From the NCBI GenBank assembly GCA_051873755.1, contig JBJEFE010000015.1, positions 57,891-121,890 of the forward strand: DNA of 64,000 nucleotides, written 5' to 3'. Below, in pieces: positions 39,814 through 50,352 of this stretch. Numbering within the stretch: the first letter of the stretch is position 1; every line of letters begins with the position of its first letter. The DNA comes from Bulleidia sp. GTDB lineage: Bacteria > Bacillota_I > Bacilli_A > Erysipelotrichales > Erysipelotrichaceae. A program made the position numbers and the translations under genes. Under the pieces are notes generated by a model, which saw nothing but the letters and a program-made list of their open reading frames with translations, had not been told where the DNA came from and made no database searches.

Positions 39814-40656
39814 TTACAGGATCAGTTTCATGTGTTCCATGATTCGATTGTGTTCTTCGCTTGTCGTTGTAATGTAGATTCTGGTGGTGTTGATACTGCT
39901 GTGTCCAAGAACATCCGCAAGTTTGGCAATATCCTTTTCCATGCGGTAAAACGTTCTGGCAAAAAGGTGGCGAAGATTGTGCGGGAATACCTTTTCCTTT
40001 TCCACGCCTGCTTCCTCACACAGTTTTTTCATCTGTCTCCATATGTTGGAACGCTCCAGCGGTTTTCCGCTGCGTGTAACAAACACAGGTCCTTCCTCAA
40101 TATGTTTCCGTCTGGCATATTTCTTCAGCTTTTCCTGCAGATCCCTTACAAGGAAGATCTCCCGCACCTTTCCCTTGCATGAAACAACCGCGCATCCCTG
40201 CCGGATTGCCTCCACAGTAATGTATGCCAGTTCACTGACGCGGATTCCGGTTGCACAGATTGTTTCAATCACAAGTCCAAGCCTGAAGTTTCCTTGCTTT
40301 CTGGCTGTTTTCACAAGCCTGAGGTACTCCTCTCTTGTCAGTTCCATCTGTTTTGACATAAATGCCTTGCGCTGAATCCGGATGGATCTGACACGGCACT
40401 CATGCCAGTTCATGAATGTCAGAAAGGAATTGACTGCCGCAAGCATGGAGTTGATGCTGGTATTGGAGTATTTTTCTGACAACAGGTAATCCTTGTAGGA
40501 AATCACGCTTTCCTTGGTCACAGGGCGGCCATCCTGAAATGCCATGAAGGCTTTCAGGTCACGGCTGTATTTTTCCAGTGTATGACGGCTTCTTTCCTCA
40601 CTTCTCAGATATGCGCAGAAAGCATTCACACACGCTTCCGTTATGATCTTTTCCAT
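39814..40656 (-). CDS. tyrosine site-specific recombinase (XerC/D-like integrase family)
   Basis: About 280 aa from the ATG at 40656 (MEKIITEACVNAFCAYL..), with a GGAGGGG RBS. It has an N-terminal SAM-like core-binding domain. The catalytic signature is ATGIRVSEL (R), HNLRHLFA (HxxR) and GHSSINTTRIY (H..Y). Confidence 0.85.
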   Translation of the reverse strand: MEKIITEACVNAFCAYLRSEERSRHTLEKYSRDLKAFMAFQDGRPVTKESVISYKDYLLSEKYSNTSINSMLAAVNSFLTFMNWHECRVRSIRIQRKAFMSKQMELTREEYLRLVKTARKQGNFRLGLVIETICATGIRVSELAYITVEAIRQGCAVVSCKGKVREIFLVRDLQEKLKKYARRKHIEEGPVFVTRSGKPLERSNIWRQMKKLCEEAGVEKEKVFPHNLRHLFARTFYRMEKDIAKLADVLGHSSINTTRIYITTTSEEHNRIMEHMKLIL

Positions 40657-40749
40657 ATGTATGCCCCTCCTCACTTCCATTGTAAATCGAATTGAAGTCA
40701 AAGGTGGCAACGGGTATCCGGACAGAAGCAGAGGACTGGTCAGAAACGG

Positions 40750-41385
40750 TTATCGGAAAAACAGAACCACTCCGCATTCATACGGATGATCCAGACACAG
40801 GGCATCCCTGATTCCGGACTGAAGAATCCGTTTCTGAATCAGACGGTCTCCTGCACCGCCTGTGATCATGATCAGACCGATCAGGAACATGTACAGATTT
40901 CCGGTATAGATTCCACAGATGGCAGGCGTATATCCCAGCAGTGTTGTCGGCATGGCAAGACCGACAAGATATGCGGTCTTCGTCAGCGGTCTGCAGCATG
41001 TGCAGTACGGTGTCAGAAGTTTCCAGATCACACCGAATTCAATACCGGCAAACTTTTTCTCCAGGCACAATCCCCATACAAAGCCATGAATCATCTCATG
41101 TATGACAATCAGTGCCAGCAGAACAAATGGCAGACTGACGAACTGAATTTCCGTCACAACAAGCTGAGCCTTTGGCGTAAAGATCAAAAACAGCAGCAAA
41201 AGACAGATGATATCCGGCAGGACTGTCAGAAGTCCGGAAATATTTGCCTCTTTGACCGATACCGTCAGTTCCTTTTTCTGATATCCCTTTGACTCCATAT
41301 CACGGCAGATCTGTTCAAATGCTGCAGCACGCTGTGCTTCACGCGGGCTCAGTTTTCTTGTCGGATCCTTTATTTCCTGCGGCAT
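40750..41385 (-). CDS. DUF3267-like putative membrane zinc metallopeptidase
   Basis: 211 aa with several TM helices. The HEMIH (HExxH) motif lies within a helix, as in the DUF3267 'putative zincin peptidase' family. Confidence 0.6.
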   Translation of the reverse strand: MPQEIKDPTRKLSPREAQRAAAFEQICRDMESKGYQKKELTVSVKEANISGLLTVLPDIICLLLLFLIFTPKAQLVVTEIQFVSLPFVLLALIVIHEMIHGFVWGLCLEKKFAGIEFGVIWKLLTPYCTCCRPLTKTAYLVGLAMPTTLLGYTPAICGIYTGNLYMFLIGLIMITGGAGDRLIQKRILQSGIRDALCLDHPYECGVVLFFR

Positions 41386-41723
41386 ATTTTCTCCACCTGC
41401 TTTCCTTTTGCCAGTTCATCAATCACTTTGTCAAGAATCCGGATATCCTTCATCAGCGGCTCTTCAATCGTTTCAATCCTTACGCCGCAGATACTGCCTT
41501 TGACAGGAAACCGATCCGGATTCATGGCAGGTGCCTGTTCAAAAAATGTTCCGTAATCCACATCCTGTGCCATCATGGCTTCAATCTGTGTTTTCTCATA
41601 TCCTGTCAGCCAGTATACAACCCGGTATACCTCTTCTTCACTTCTGCCCTTCCGTACTGCCTTATTGACAAGCAGCGGGAATACCTTTGACAGTTTCATT
41701 GCATAGACTTTACTGTTTCCCAT
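41370..41723 (-). CDS. DUF2200-like uncharacterised protein
   Basis: 117 aa. The motifs ..VFPLLVNKAVRKGRSEEEV..YWLTGY..DVDYGTFF..EEPLM..IDELAKGK match my memory of DUF2200 proteins. It overlaps both neighbours. Confidence 0.6.
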   Translation of the reverse strand: MGNSKVYAMKLSKVFPLLVNKAVRKGRSEEEVYRVVYWLTGYEKTQIEAMMAQDVDYGTFFEQAPAMNPDRFPVKGSICGVRIETIEEPLMKDIRILDKVIDELAKGKQVEKICRRK

Positions 41724-42291
41724 CTGTTTTCCTCAGTTTCTCATTCAGTTTGGAATAGACATTTGTACGGAACCACAGTTCCGTTGATGCCTCAACTGCC
41801 TCGTCCAGTTCAAACCAGCGCACACCGCTGTTTTCATCCGCCTTCATATGTGTTTCCTGTTGATCATCCGCTTCCAGAAGATATGTCAGATTCAGATGCA
41901 GATGAGAGGAAACATAACGGCCTTTTTTGACATGACCGTCAACTGTCAGCACTTCCATGGAAAAGATCTCATCGGATAATGGTCTGACGTTGTGGATGCC
42001 GCTTTCCTCTTTCACCTCCCTGAGGGCAGTCATCAGCGGATCCTTTTCTCCGTCGGCGTGTCCTCCCATCCAGCTCCAGGAGTCATAGAGATTGTGATAA
42101 ACCATCAGTGTCTTTGTGTGATCGGGGTTGACTACCCATGCCGAGGCCGTCAGATGGGCAGTTGTGTTGTCACGTGTCAGGATATCCATACCGCTGTCAA
42201 TCCATTTCAGAATCTCCCTGCGGTCCTGTTCCTCCTGACGGTTGTACGGCTGATACATTTCAACCTGTTTTCTCAGAGTTTTCATACTCAC
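41710..42291 (-). CDS. NUDIX hydrolase
   Basis: 193 aa. The Nudix box is GGHADGEKDPLMTALREVKEESGI. Confidence 0.8.
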   Translation of the reverse strand: MSMKTLRKQVEMYQPYNRQEEQDRREILKWIDSGMDILTRDNTTAHLTASAWVVNPDHTKTLMVYHNLYDSWSWMGGHADGEKDPLMTALREVKEESGIHNVRPLSDEIFSMEVLTVDGHVKKGRYVSSHLHLNLTYLLEADDQQETHMKADENSGVRWFELDEAVEASTELWFRTNVYSKLNEKLRKTDGKQ

Positions 42292-42313
42292 ATGATATCA
42301 CTTCGGGCTATAA

Positions 42314-43780
<1,467 letters not shown>

Positions 43781-43790
43781 TCCATTCAGT

Positions 43791-43817
43791 CATACGGGAA
43801 TACCCGTATGGCTTTTT
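43791..43817 (+). terminator. Terminator after the GH1 paralog
   Basis: CATACGGG-AATA-CCCGTATG followed by GCTTTTT. Confidence 0.65.
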
Positions 43818-43830
43818 CTTTCCGTCCATG

Positions 43831-43860
43831 AAAAAAACCTCCCGCATTACTGCAGGAAGC
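43831..43860 (-). terminator. Terminator after the HAD gene
   Basis: The A7 run plus CCTCCCGCA..TGCAGGAAG forms an imperfect stem, with G-U pairs on the minus-strand RNA. Confidence 0.4.
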
Positions 43861-43866
43861 TGTGTG

Positions 43867-44682
43867 TTATACAATATGCAGGTCTTCAAGCACCTGGGCA
43901 ACACCGTCTTCACGACAGTCCGGTGCGACAAGATCACAATGGGCACGGACATCATCCTTCGCATTTCCCATTGCGACGCCGATTCCGCTTTTCTCAATGA
44001 AGGCGGTATCGTTGCCGGCATCACCGAAACCGATGACATTTTCCCATTTCAGATCATATTCCTTCAGAATCCGTTCAATGGAAGTGGACTTGTTTATGGA
44101 TTTGAGGAATACATCATATCCGTCATGGTATGACCAGGCAAACTTCAGTTCCGGAATCATCTGGTTGAACGGTTCAATAATCGTCTCATCCCCAATCAGG
44201 AATGTACCAAGCGGGTAACCGTGTTTTTCGTGGTACGTTCTGTTGTGCGTATCATCGATGACCTTGTGGATATTCGGAGAATTTCTTCCGACATAGCCGT
44301 CCACGAATGTATCATGGTTGGCATAGGTGACAATCGCATCCGCAAACTTGAATCCAAGACCGATATCGTGCTGAATGCACAGATCCGTAATGGTATTCAT
44401 GTTTTCATGACTCATCTCATGTTTTTCAATAATTGTTCCGTCGCGTCTGACAACACAGGCACCATTGATTGTACCGATCAGATCCAGCGGCAGATCGTCA
44501 AACAGGGATTCCTGCAGGAATGTATAATGCCTTCCCGTATTCAGGACAACCCGGATCCCCTTTTCCATTGCCTTTGCGAAATCCGATGCCAGACGTCTGG
44601 ACATTGCATCATAACCGGAAGGAATAATCGTATTGTCCACATCGCAGACAATCATTTTTATATTCTCAGCTCTTTTTTTCAT
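43867..44682 (-). CDS. Cof-type HAD-IIB family hydrolase, second copy
   Basis: From the ATG at 44682 the product begins MKKRAENIKMIVCDVDNTII.. and later contains GFGDAGNDTAF. The longer track ORF (to 44790) runs through the tRNA gene and is rejected. Confidence 0.8.
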   Translation of the reverse strand: MKKRAENIKMIVCDVDNTIIPSGYDAMSRRLASDFAKAMEKGIRVVLNTGRHYTFLQESLFDDLPLDLIGTINGACVVRRDGTIIEKHEMSHENMNTITDLCIQHDIGLGFKFADAIVTYANHDTFVDGYVGRNSPNIHKVIDDTHNRTYHEKHGYPLGTFLIGDETIIEPFNQMIPELKFAWSYHDGYDVFLKSINKSTSIERILKEYDLKWENVIGFGDAGNDTAFIEKSGIGVAMGNAKDDVRAHCDLVAPDCREDGVAQVLEDLHIV

Positions 44683-44724
44683 GGATTTATTATACCATGG
44701 ATGATAAAATATTCCATGTGTCTT

Positions 44725-44798
44725 GTGCCCGTAGCTCAATCGGATAGAGTGTTGGCCTCCGAAGCCAGAGGTTGTGAGTTCGAGCCTCATCGGGCACG
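44725..44798 (+). tRNA. tRNA-Arg (anticodon CCG)
   Basis: I folded this by hand as a 74-nt cloverleaf:
- Acceptor stem GTGCCCG/CGGGCAC.
- D-stem GCTC/GAGT.
- Anticodon stem TTGGC/GCCAG with loop CT-CCG-AA.
- T-stem GTGAG/CTCAT with loop TTCGAGC.
- Discriminator G; CCA is not encoded. Confidence 0.9.
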
Positions 44799-44804
44799 CC
44801 TGTC

Positions 44805-44831
44805 AGGCAGTCGGTTTCCGGCTGCCTTTTT
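44805..44831 (+). terminator. Terminator after tRNA-Arg
   Basis: GGCAGTCGG-TTT-CCGGCTGCC followed by TTTTT. Confidence 0.65.
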
Positions 44832-44981
44832 GTTTCCCATCAGTACATAAATATGTACATGGCATGAAAAATCACTGTAGAAATACAGGAAATATTCAGT
44901 TTTTGGGAAACACTTTCTTTCCCATTGAACAAAAATCAAGATAAATTGTTATCATATACAGGTAAGGGAAAGAGTTCTGAT

Positions 44982-45353
44982 ATGAAGATGTTTCATGAAG
45001 TCAAACAGAATCTGATAAGCTCGGTAAAGTATTCATCAAATATTCTGAATACTTTAGGGGATGAGATCAACATGCATATTCTCCGCCTTCTTCTTGAAAG
45101 CGGGAAACCGGGGCTGCGTGTACCTGAGCTTACCAGAACGACATTTCTGTCTCGACCTTCTGTCACCCATCATCTGAAGATGCTGATGGATGCGGGACTT
45201 GTCGGTGTACAGAAAATCGGAACCAGGAATTACTATTATGTGGAAGTTCAGGATTCCACCATTCAGACTCTGACATTGCTTGTCAACAGTCTGATCAGCT
45301 ATCGTACAAACTTTCCGGATATGATCGACGGAAAATTTGAAGAAACGGACTGA
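44982..45353 (+). CDS. ArsR/SmtB-family winged-helix transcriptional regulator
   Basis: The ATG at 44982 gives MKMFHEVKQN... The sequence ILRLLLESGKPGLRVPELTRTTFLSRPSVTHHLKMLMDAGLV is a typical ArsR HTH. The track ORF starts at an upstream TTG. Confidence 0.75.
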   Translation: MKMFHEVKQNLISSVKYSSNILNTLGDEINMHILRLLLESGKPGLRVPELTRTTFLSRPSVTHHLKMLMDAGLVGVQKIGTRNYYYVEVQDSTIQTLTLLVNSLISYRTNFPDMIDGKFEETD

Positions 45354-45372
45354 AATCACAACAGTCCTTTTT

Positions 45373-46293
45373 TTATTCATGTATATTGTTCAGGAATGAG
45401 AGCACCTCTTTGCGGTATGTATCGGGATCGGTAAACCAGGATGACGCATGCGGTGCATTGCGGATCAGCACAAGTCTGCTTTCCCCTGCACATGCCTTCT
45501 GATTTTCAATGCTCATCTGCCATGGCACAAAGTCATCGATATCCCCATGGATCAGAAGAACAGGAATATGTGATGCGGCAAGTGCCTTTCGTGCATCACC
45601 CCTGTCCGGATCAAAGTGTCCAAACAACAGTGCACCAAGCCTGCCAAGCTGATAACACAGTCCAACCGGAGCGTGCGGTACCATGGAAGGAATGCAGTGG
45701 CGAAGAATATCCTTCGGAGAAGTAAAACCACAGTCGGCGATGATCCCTTTCACTGTGCATGGAAGATTCCTGTCCGCAGACATCAGTACCGCTGCGGCAC
45801 CCATCGATACACCCATCAGGATAATCGGTGTATCCGGTGCTTCTGCATAAACGGCATTTGCCCAGTCCGCACAATCCTGACATTCTCTGATCGCCATCGT
45901 CGTACATTTCCCCTCACTTCTGCCATGCCCTCTTTGATCCACCAGAATGATATTGTATGCAAGCGCATGTGCGATCATATATGCCGGACAGCCGTCAAAG
46001 AATGCATGTCCTCTCCAGCCATGGAAAAACATCATCACCGGCATGTTTTCCTTTCCTTTTTCCAGCCTGCCGTACAGCTTCAGGCCATCTTTGGAAGTGA
46101 TGGAAATCCACTCCCAGTCTGCTTTCTTCACTGTATCCACATCCAAAACCATGCGCTCATACAACGGGGCATATGGCCCATGGGAAGGCACATGGACATC
46201 CCCTCTTTCCTTTTCACCTGTCGCAAAGGCAAATCTGTAAAGAAGAAAAGAGAGAAGCAGAACAATGATAATCACAATCATCAGTACAATCAT
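45373..46293 (-). CDS. membrane-anchored alpha/beta-fold hydrolase
   Basis: 306 aa. It has an N-terminal TM helix, an HGWRG oxyanion region, nucleophile elbow GVSMGA and a C-terminal HGDIDDFVP plus H. Confidence 0.8.
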   Translation of the reverse strand: MIVLMIVIIIVLLLSFLLYRFAFATGEKERGDVHVPSHGPYAPLYERMVLDVDTVKKADWEWISITSKDGLKLYGRLEKGKENMPVMMFFHGWRGHAFFDGCPAYMIAHALAYNIILVDQRGHGRSEGKCTTMAIRECQDCADWANAVYAEAPDTPIILMGVSMGAAAVLMSADRNLPCTVKGIIADCGFTSPKDILRHCIPSMVPHAPVGLCYQLGRLGALLFGHFDPDRGDARKALAASHIPVLLIHGDIDDFVPWQMSIENQKACAGESRLVLIRNAPHASSWFTDPDTYRKEVLSFLNNIHE

Positions 46294-46334
46294 ACAATCC
46301 GTCTTCTTTCTGTATCTATCCTATCATACACAAC

Positions 46335-46357
46335 CAAAAACATGCCCGCAGGCATGT
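46335..46357 (-). terminator. Terminator after the lipid kinase gene
   Basis: ACATGCC-CGCA-GGCATGT. The A-run at 46335-46340 gives a U-tract on the minus strand. It overlaps the stop codon. Confidence 0.6.
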
Positions 46358-47307
46358 CATATCAGAAGATTCAGTTTTTCAGCACACAGCCTGACGGTAA
46401 TGTGGCTGCTCTTACAGAATGTTTCTCCGTCTGTATGTACCCATAACGGCAGTTCCGTACGGATTTCGGTTTCACGCAGGGTATCGGTGTAAATTCCCTT
46501 GAACCGCACATGGTTTCCCGATAATGCACAGGGGAAAATACGGAAAAAATCAAATGCGGAAAGACCGTCGCCGGTACACTGATCCAGCAGGCCGTCATGA
46601 TCCTTTGCGGCAGGACAGAAACGGAAACCGCCGCCTTCATACATCTCATTCATCACAATCGACAACAGCATGTTTTCATAATGTGCTGTTTTCCCATCCG
46701 TTGTAATCCAGGCCTGTGTCCGTGATGTATGGAAAATCAGCCGAATCGCCGTTGCCAGATAAATCAGACGTCCCAGACCCAGATGATTGAAGATTTTTTT
46801 GAATTGGGAACTTTCTGCATCATGGCAGATTGCCGCATCAAAACCAATCCCTGTGGAAATCACAAAGCGGTGATGAACATGTCCCTGTGCATCCATCTTT
46901 TCATCAGTACAGATGTCAAACCGGTTGTGGTAGATGACTTCCCCCACATCAATGGTCCGTACGGTCTTTCCTTCCAGAATGGTTCCGGCATTGGACACCG
47001 GATCTTTTTTCACACCGATGGAGCGGTAGAAATCATTACCGGATCCCACAGATATCAGACCGAGTCTGACATGTTCATAATCAGAAAGTCCGTTGACGGC
47101 ATGATTCAAAGAACCATCTCCTCCGACAACCACAATATCACACGTTTTCTGTGACAGCTGTTCCACAAGCTGTCGGATTCCGTGATCCGCATCGGAATAA
47201 TGGACACTGTATGGTTTCCCGGAAGCCTGAAACACCGGTTCCACCTGTTTCCATACCTTCATGGATTCCCCGGACGCTCCGTTTGGATTGACGATGACCT
47301 CAAACAT
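46357..47307 (-). CDS. diacylglycerol/lipid kinase (YegS/BmrU/DagK family)
   Basis: From the ATG at 47307 (MFEVIVNPNGASG), with AGGAAGGA 8 nt upstream. The DAGK catalytic motif is VVVGGDGSLNHAVNG. Confidence 0.85.
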   Translation of the reverse strand: MFEVIVNPNGASGESMKVWKQVEPVFQASGKPYSVHYSDADHGIRQLVEQLSQKTCDIVVVGGDGSLNHAVNGLSDYEHVRLGLISVGSGNDFYRSIGVKKDPVSNAGTILEGKTVRTIDVGEVIYHNRFDICTDEKMDAQGHVHHRFVISTGIGFDAAICHDAESSQFKKIFNHLGLGRLIYLATAIRLIFHTSRTQAWITTDGKTAHYENMLLSIVMNEMYEGGGFRFCPAAKDHDGLLDQCTGDGLSAFDFFRIFPCALSGNHVRFKGIYTDTLRETEIRTELPLWVHTDGETFCKSSHITVRLCAEKLNLLI

Positions 47308-47311
47308 TGTG

Positions 47312-48226
47312 TTATCCTTCCTCATCTTCAAAACACAGGTCGATTCTCTGACCGTCTCTGGATACGACGGTATGTTCAAACAGTACATGACACATCGATT
47401 CGTATTCCAGAGGATCGTGCAGAGATGGACTGTAGTGTGTCAGCCAGAGTCTGCGCACATTGCCTTCTTTTGCGATGGTGCAGGCCTCCTGCATCATCAT
47501 ATGCCGGTTCATCTTTGCCTTTTCGATCTTTTCCTCATCCCCGTACATTCCCTCTGTAATCAGCAGATCCGCGTCCTGTACAGCCTGTACAAGAGAGGAT
47601 ACAGGTCGTGTATCGGTCGCATATACAACCTTCAGACCTCTTCTTTCCTTTCCCAACACCAGATCCGGTGTATAGGTGACGCCGTCCTGTTCAACGGTCA
47701 TGCCCTTCTGCAGTGTTCCCCACAGCTTCATCGGAATACCGTTTTTCAGCGCTTTTTCCCTGTCGAACATCGGTTTGCGTTTCATGGTCATCTGATAACC
47801 GACACACAATACAGAGTGCCGCAGCGGGAAGGAGGTGACAGACAACCCGTCCAGTTCAAATCCCTCATGTTTCTCCAGTTCCACTTCATGTATTTCAAAG
47901 GGAATATAGCGTGCAATCAGGCGCACCCCTTCCATCAGTTCATGAATGCCCTTTGGTCCATAGATCGTGATCGGTTCAATTCTGTCCGCCTTGGCCATGG
48001 ACAGTAACAGTCCCGGGAGTCCGGCTGTATGATCCGCATGGTAATGGGTAATCACAATGGCATCGATATGACGGCACGGCATATTCAGTTTTTTCATGGC
48101 GATCTGTGTTCCTTCCCCGCAGTCCACCAGCATTTCATGTCCGTTCCATCGGACAAGCAGGGATGTCAGAAAGCGGTTGGGAAGTGGTACGGTACCGCCT
48201 GTTCCAAGCAATGTAATATCAATCAT
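47312..48226 (-). CDS. rnz: ribonuclease Z
   Basis: It has MIDITLLGTGGTVP.., the MBL motif ITHYHADHTAG and a length (~305 aa) typical of short-form RNase Z. Confidence 0.85.
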   Translation of the reverse strand: MIDITLLGTGGTVPLPNRFLTSLLVRWNGHEMLVDCGEGTQIAMKKLNMPCRHIDAIVITHYHADHTAGLPGLLLSMAKADRIEPITIYGPKGIHELMEGVRLIARYIPFEIHEVELEKHEGFELDGLSVTSFPLRHSVLCVGYQMTMKRKPMFDREKALKNGIPMKLWGTLQKGMTVEQDGVTYTPDLVLGKERRGLKVVYATDTRPVSSLVQAVQDADLLITEGMYGDEEKIEKAKMNRHMMMQEACTIAKEGNVRRLWLTHYSPSLHDPLEYESMCHVLFEHTVVSRDGQRIDLCFEDEEG

Positions 48227-48243
48227 GGATACCATTCTAACAT

Positions 48244-48278
48244 AAAAAACCTGCAATGACTGTTACATCATTGCAGGT
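48244..48278 (-). terminator. Terminator after oppF
   Basis: ACCTGCAATGA (48249-48259) pairs with TCATTGCAGGT (48268-48278). The A-run at 48244-48249 gives a U-tract on the minus strand. Confidence 0.7.
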
Positions 48279-48285
48279 ATGTAAA

Positions 48286-49251
48286 TCAGAACACTTCACT
48301 GGATTCAGCAGCGATCTTTGACCACTTTTCAAATTCCTCGTCTGTTGCAAGAACATAGTGTGTCTTTGTCAGGTTGTGAATCACACCCTTTGTGTAATCC
48401 ACGCCTTCCTTCTCCTTGTTGTATTCAAGGGAAACTCTGTTCTTTTCAACAATCGGGTTTGGATGCGGAATGGCGGAAAGCAGAGATCTTGTATACGGAT
48501 GGATTGGATTGGAGAAGATTTCGTCCGTTGTACCGGTCTCCACAATATGCCCCAGATGCATGACGCCGATCCGGTCGGAAATGTACTTGACCATGGAAAG
48601 GTCGTGGGCAATAAACAGATATGTCGTACCGAGTTCATCCTGAAGATCCTTCATCAGGTTGACAACCTGTGCCTGGATGGAAACGTCCAGAGCGGAGATT
48701 GCCTCGTCGGCGATGACAAGCTTCGGATTCATGACAAGTGCTCTTGCAATACCGATTCTCTGTCTCTGACCACCGGAGAACTGCTGTGGATATCTTGTGG
48801 CATGTTCTCTGGAAAGGCCGACCTTATCAAGAATGCGGTTGACCTTTTCATCCAGCTCTTCCTGGGAGCTGTACAGGTGGTGGATCTCAAGACCCTGGGC
48901 AATGATTTCCTTGACCTTCTTACGAGGGTTCAGGCAGGCCATCGGGTCCTGGAAGATCATCTGCATGTTCTGTCTCAGGTAGGCTTCATCCTCCTTTGAC
49001 AGTTTTGCGGAAATATCATGGCCGTCAAAGATAATTTTGCCGGCTGTAGGGTCATACAGACGGATAATGGCGCGACCGGTTGTGGATTTACCGGAACCGG
49101 ATTCCCCTACCAGACCGTATGTTTCGCCCTGATAGATATCAAAGGAGATACCGTCAACTGCCTTTGTCGTATATGTACGGGAAATTCTGAAGTGCTGCTT
49201 CAGTCCCTCCACATGCAGAAGCGGTTCAGCGTTGTAATCAATCGTTGTCAT
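48286..49251 (-). CDS. oppF: oligopeptide ABC transporter ATP-binding protein OppF
   Basis: 321 aa. It has Walker [10 protein letters not shown], signature FSGGQRQR and the C-terminal oligopeptide-type extension. Confidence 0.9.
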   Translation of the reverse strand: MTTIDYNAEPLLHVEGLKQHFRISRTYTTKAVDGISFDIYQGETYGLVGESGSGKSTTGRAIIRLYDPTAGKIIFDGHDISAKLSKEDEAYLRQNMQMIFQDPMACLNPRKKVKEIIAQGLEIHHLYSSQEELDEKVNRILDKVGLSREHATRYPQQFSGGQRQRIGIARALVMNPKLVIADEAISALDVSIQAQVVNLMKDLQDELGTTYLFIAHDLSMVKYISDRIGVMHLGHIVETGTTDEIFSNPIHPYTRSLLSAIPHPNPIVEKNRVSLEYNKEKEGVDYTKGVIHNLTKTHYVLATDEEFEKWSKIAAESSEVF

Positions 49252-50341
49252 ACTTTGCGCTCTCCTTTCTCATTTTCTTCATACGTTCCAGCAGCTGTGC
49301 CGGAGGATCAACCTTCGGTGCTCTTGGATCACAGAGCCAGGAAGCGACTCTGTGCTTACCGCCGACATTGTACATCGGTGGTTCAGCCTTGTAATCAATG
49401 GCCAGAGCGTAAGGGTTTCTTGGTGCGAAAGCATCACCCTCGATTCTTTCCAGCAGGTTCGGAGGCGTGCCCGGAATCGCAAACAGTCTCTTGGAATCGG
49501 TGTCCGTGTCAGGCATGGATGCCAGCAGGCCCCATGTGTAAGGGTGGCGCGGATCGTAGAAGATTTCATTGATATCACCCTTCTCAATGATACGTCCTGC
49601 GTACATGACGTCGACGTAGTCAGCGACCTTGGCAACAACCCCAAGGTCATGTGTGATATAAATGACCGCAATGTTGTGTTCCTTCTGCAGCTTCTGAATC
49701 AGTTCAAGAATCTTTGCCTGAATCGTAACGTCAAGAGCGGTTGTCGGTTCATCACAGATCAGCACATCCGGGTTGCATGCCAGCGCAATCGCAATGACGA
49801 TTCTCTGTCTCATACCACCGGAAAGCTGGTGCGGATACTGTTTGAATCTCTTTTCCGGATTTTCAATACCGACTTCCTCAAGAAGATTCATGACTCTTGC
49901 CTGTGCTTCCTCTTTGGAAACCTTTTCGTGGAGAAGAATCGGCTCCATGATCTGTCTGCCGATTGTCATCGTCGGATCAAGAGATGTCATCGGATCCTGG
50001 AATACCATGGCAATGTGCTTGCCGTTGAAACGGTAACGGATTTCCTTCTGTGTCATCTTTGTCAGATCGACGGTTTCTCTTTCTCCCTTTTCATTTGTGA
50101 ATGTGTAGTCGATGGTACCGGAATCGATACGGCCGTTGCTTGCCATGATACCCATAATGGTCTTGACGGTAACGGACTTACCGGAACCGGATTCACCTAC
50201 GATCGCAATTGTCTCGCCTCTGAACAGGTCCATTCTGACACCACGGATGGCCTTGACCATACCGGAAGAGGTTTCAAATGAGATGTTCAGATCACGGATG
50301 GAAAGAACGCGGTCTTCCTTGTTTCTTTTCTGTACTGTCAT
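49238..50341 (-). CDS. oppD: oligopeptide ABC transporter ATP-binding protein OppD
   Basis: 367 aa. It has Walker [10 protein letters not shown], signature LSGGMRQR and the C-terminal PYTWGLL motif. Confidence 0.9.
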   Translation of the reverse strand: MTVQKRNKEDRVLSIRDLNISFETSSGMVKAIRGVRMDLFRGETIAIVGESGSGKSVTVKTIMGIMASNGRIDSGTIDYTFTNEKGERETVDLTKMTQKEIRYRFNGKHIAMVFQDPMTSLDPTMTIGRQIMEPILLHEKVSKEEAQARVMNLLEEVGIENPEKRFKQYPHQLSGGMRQRIVIAIALACNPDVLICDEPTTALDVTIQAKILELIQKLQKEHNIAVIYITHDLGVVAKVADYVDVMYAGRIIEKGDINEIFYDPRHPYTWGLLASMPDTDTDSKRLFAIPGTPPNLLERIEGDAFAPRNPYALAIDYKAEPPMYNVGGKHRVASWLCDPRAPKVDPPAQLLERMKKMRKESAKYDND

Positions 50342-50352
50342 TGTTTACCTCC

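Noticed and set aside
39303-40710. Prophage, IS or integrative-element remnant around the recombinase
   Set aside because: There are no phage, transposase, conjugation or cargo genes nearby. I saw no direct repeats flanking the locus. The recombinase is bounded by ordinary genes (cls and a NUDIX operon). Only the local inverted repeats are notable.
44683-44790. N-terminal extension of the HAD hydrolase ORF (track start 44790)
   Set aside because: The extension is the reverse complement of the tRNA-Arg gene (44725-44798). HAD homology, including the DVDNT motif, begins just after the ATG at 44682.
44725-46293. tRNA-Arg as the insertion site of a genomic island (ArsR regulator and alpha/beta hydrolase downstream)
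   Set aside because: There is no integrase adjacent to the tRNA. I noticed no duplicated copy of the tRNA 3' end downstream. The neighbouring genes look like ordinary chromosomal genes.
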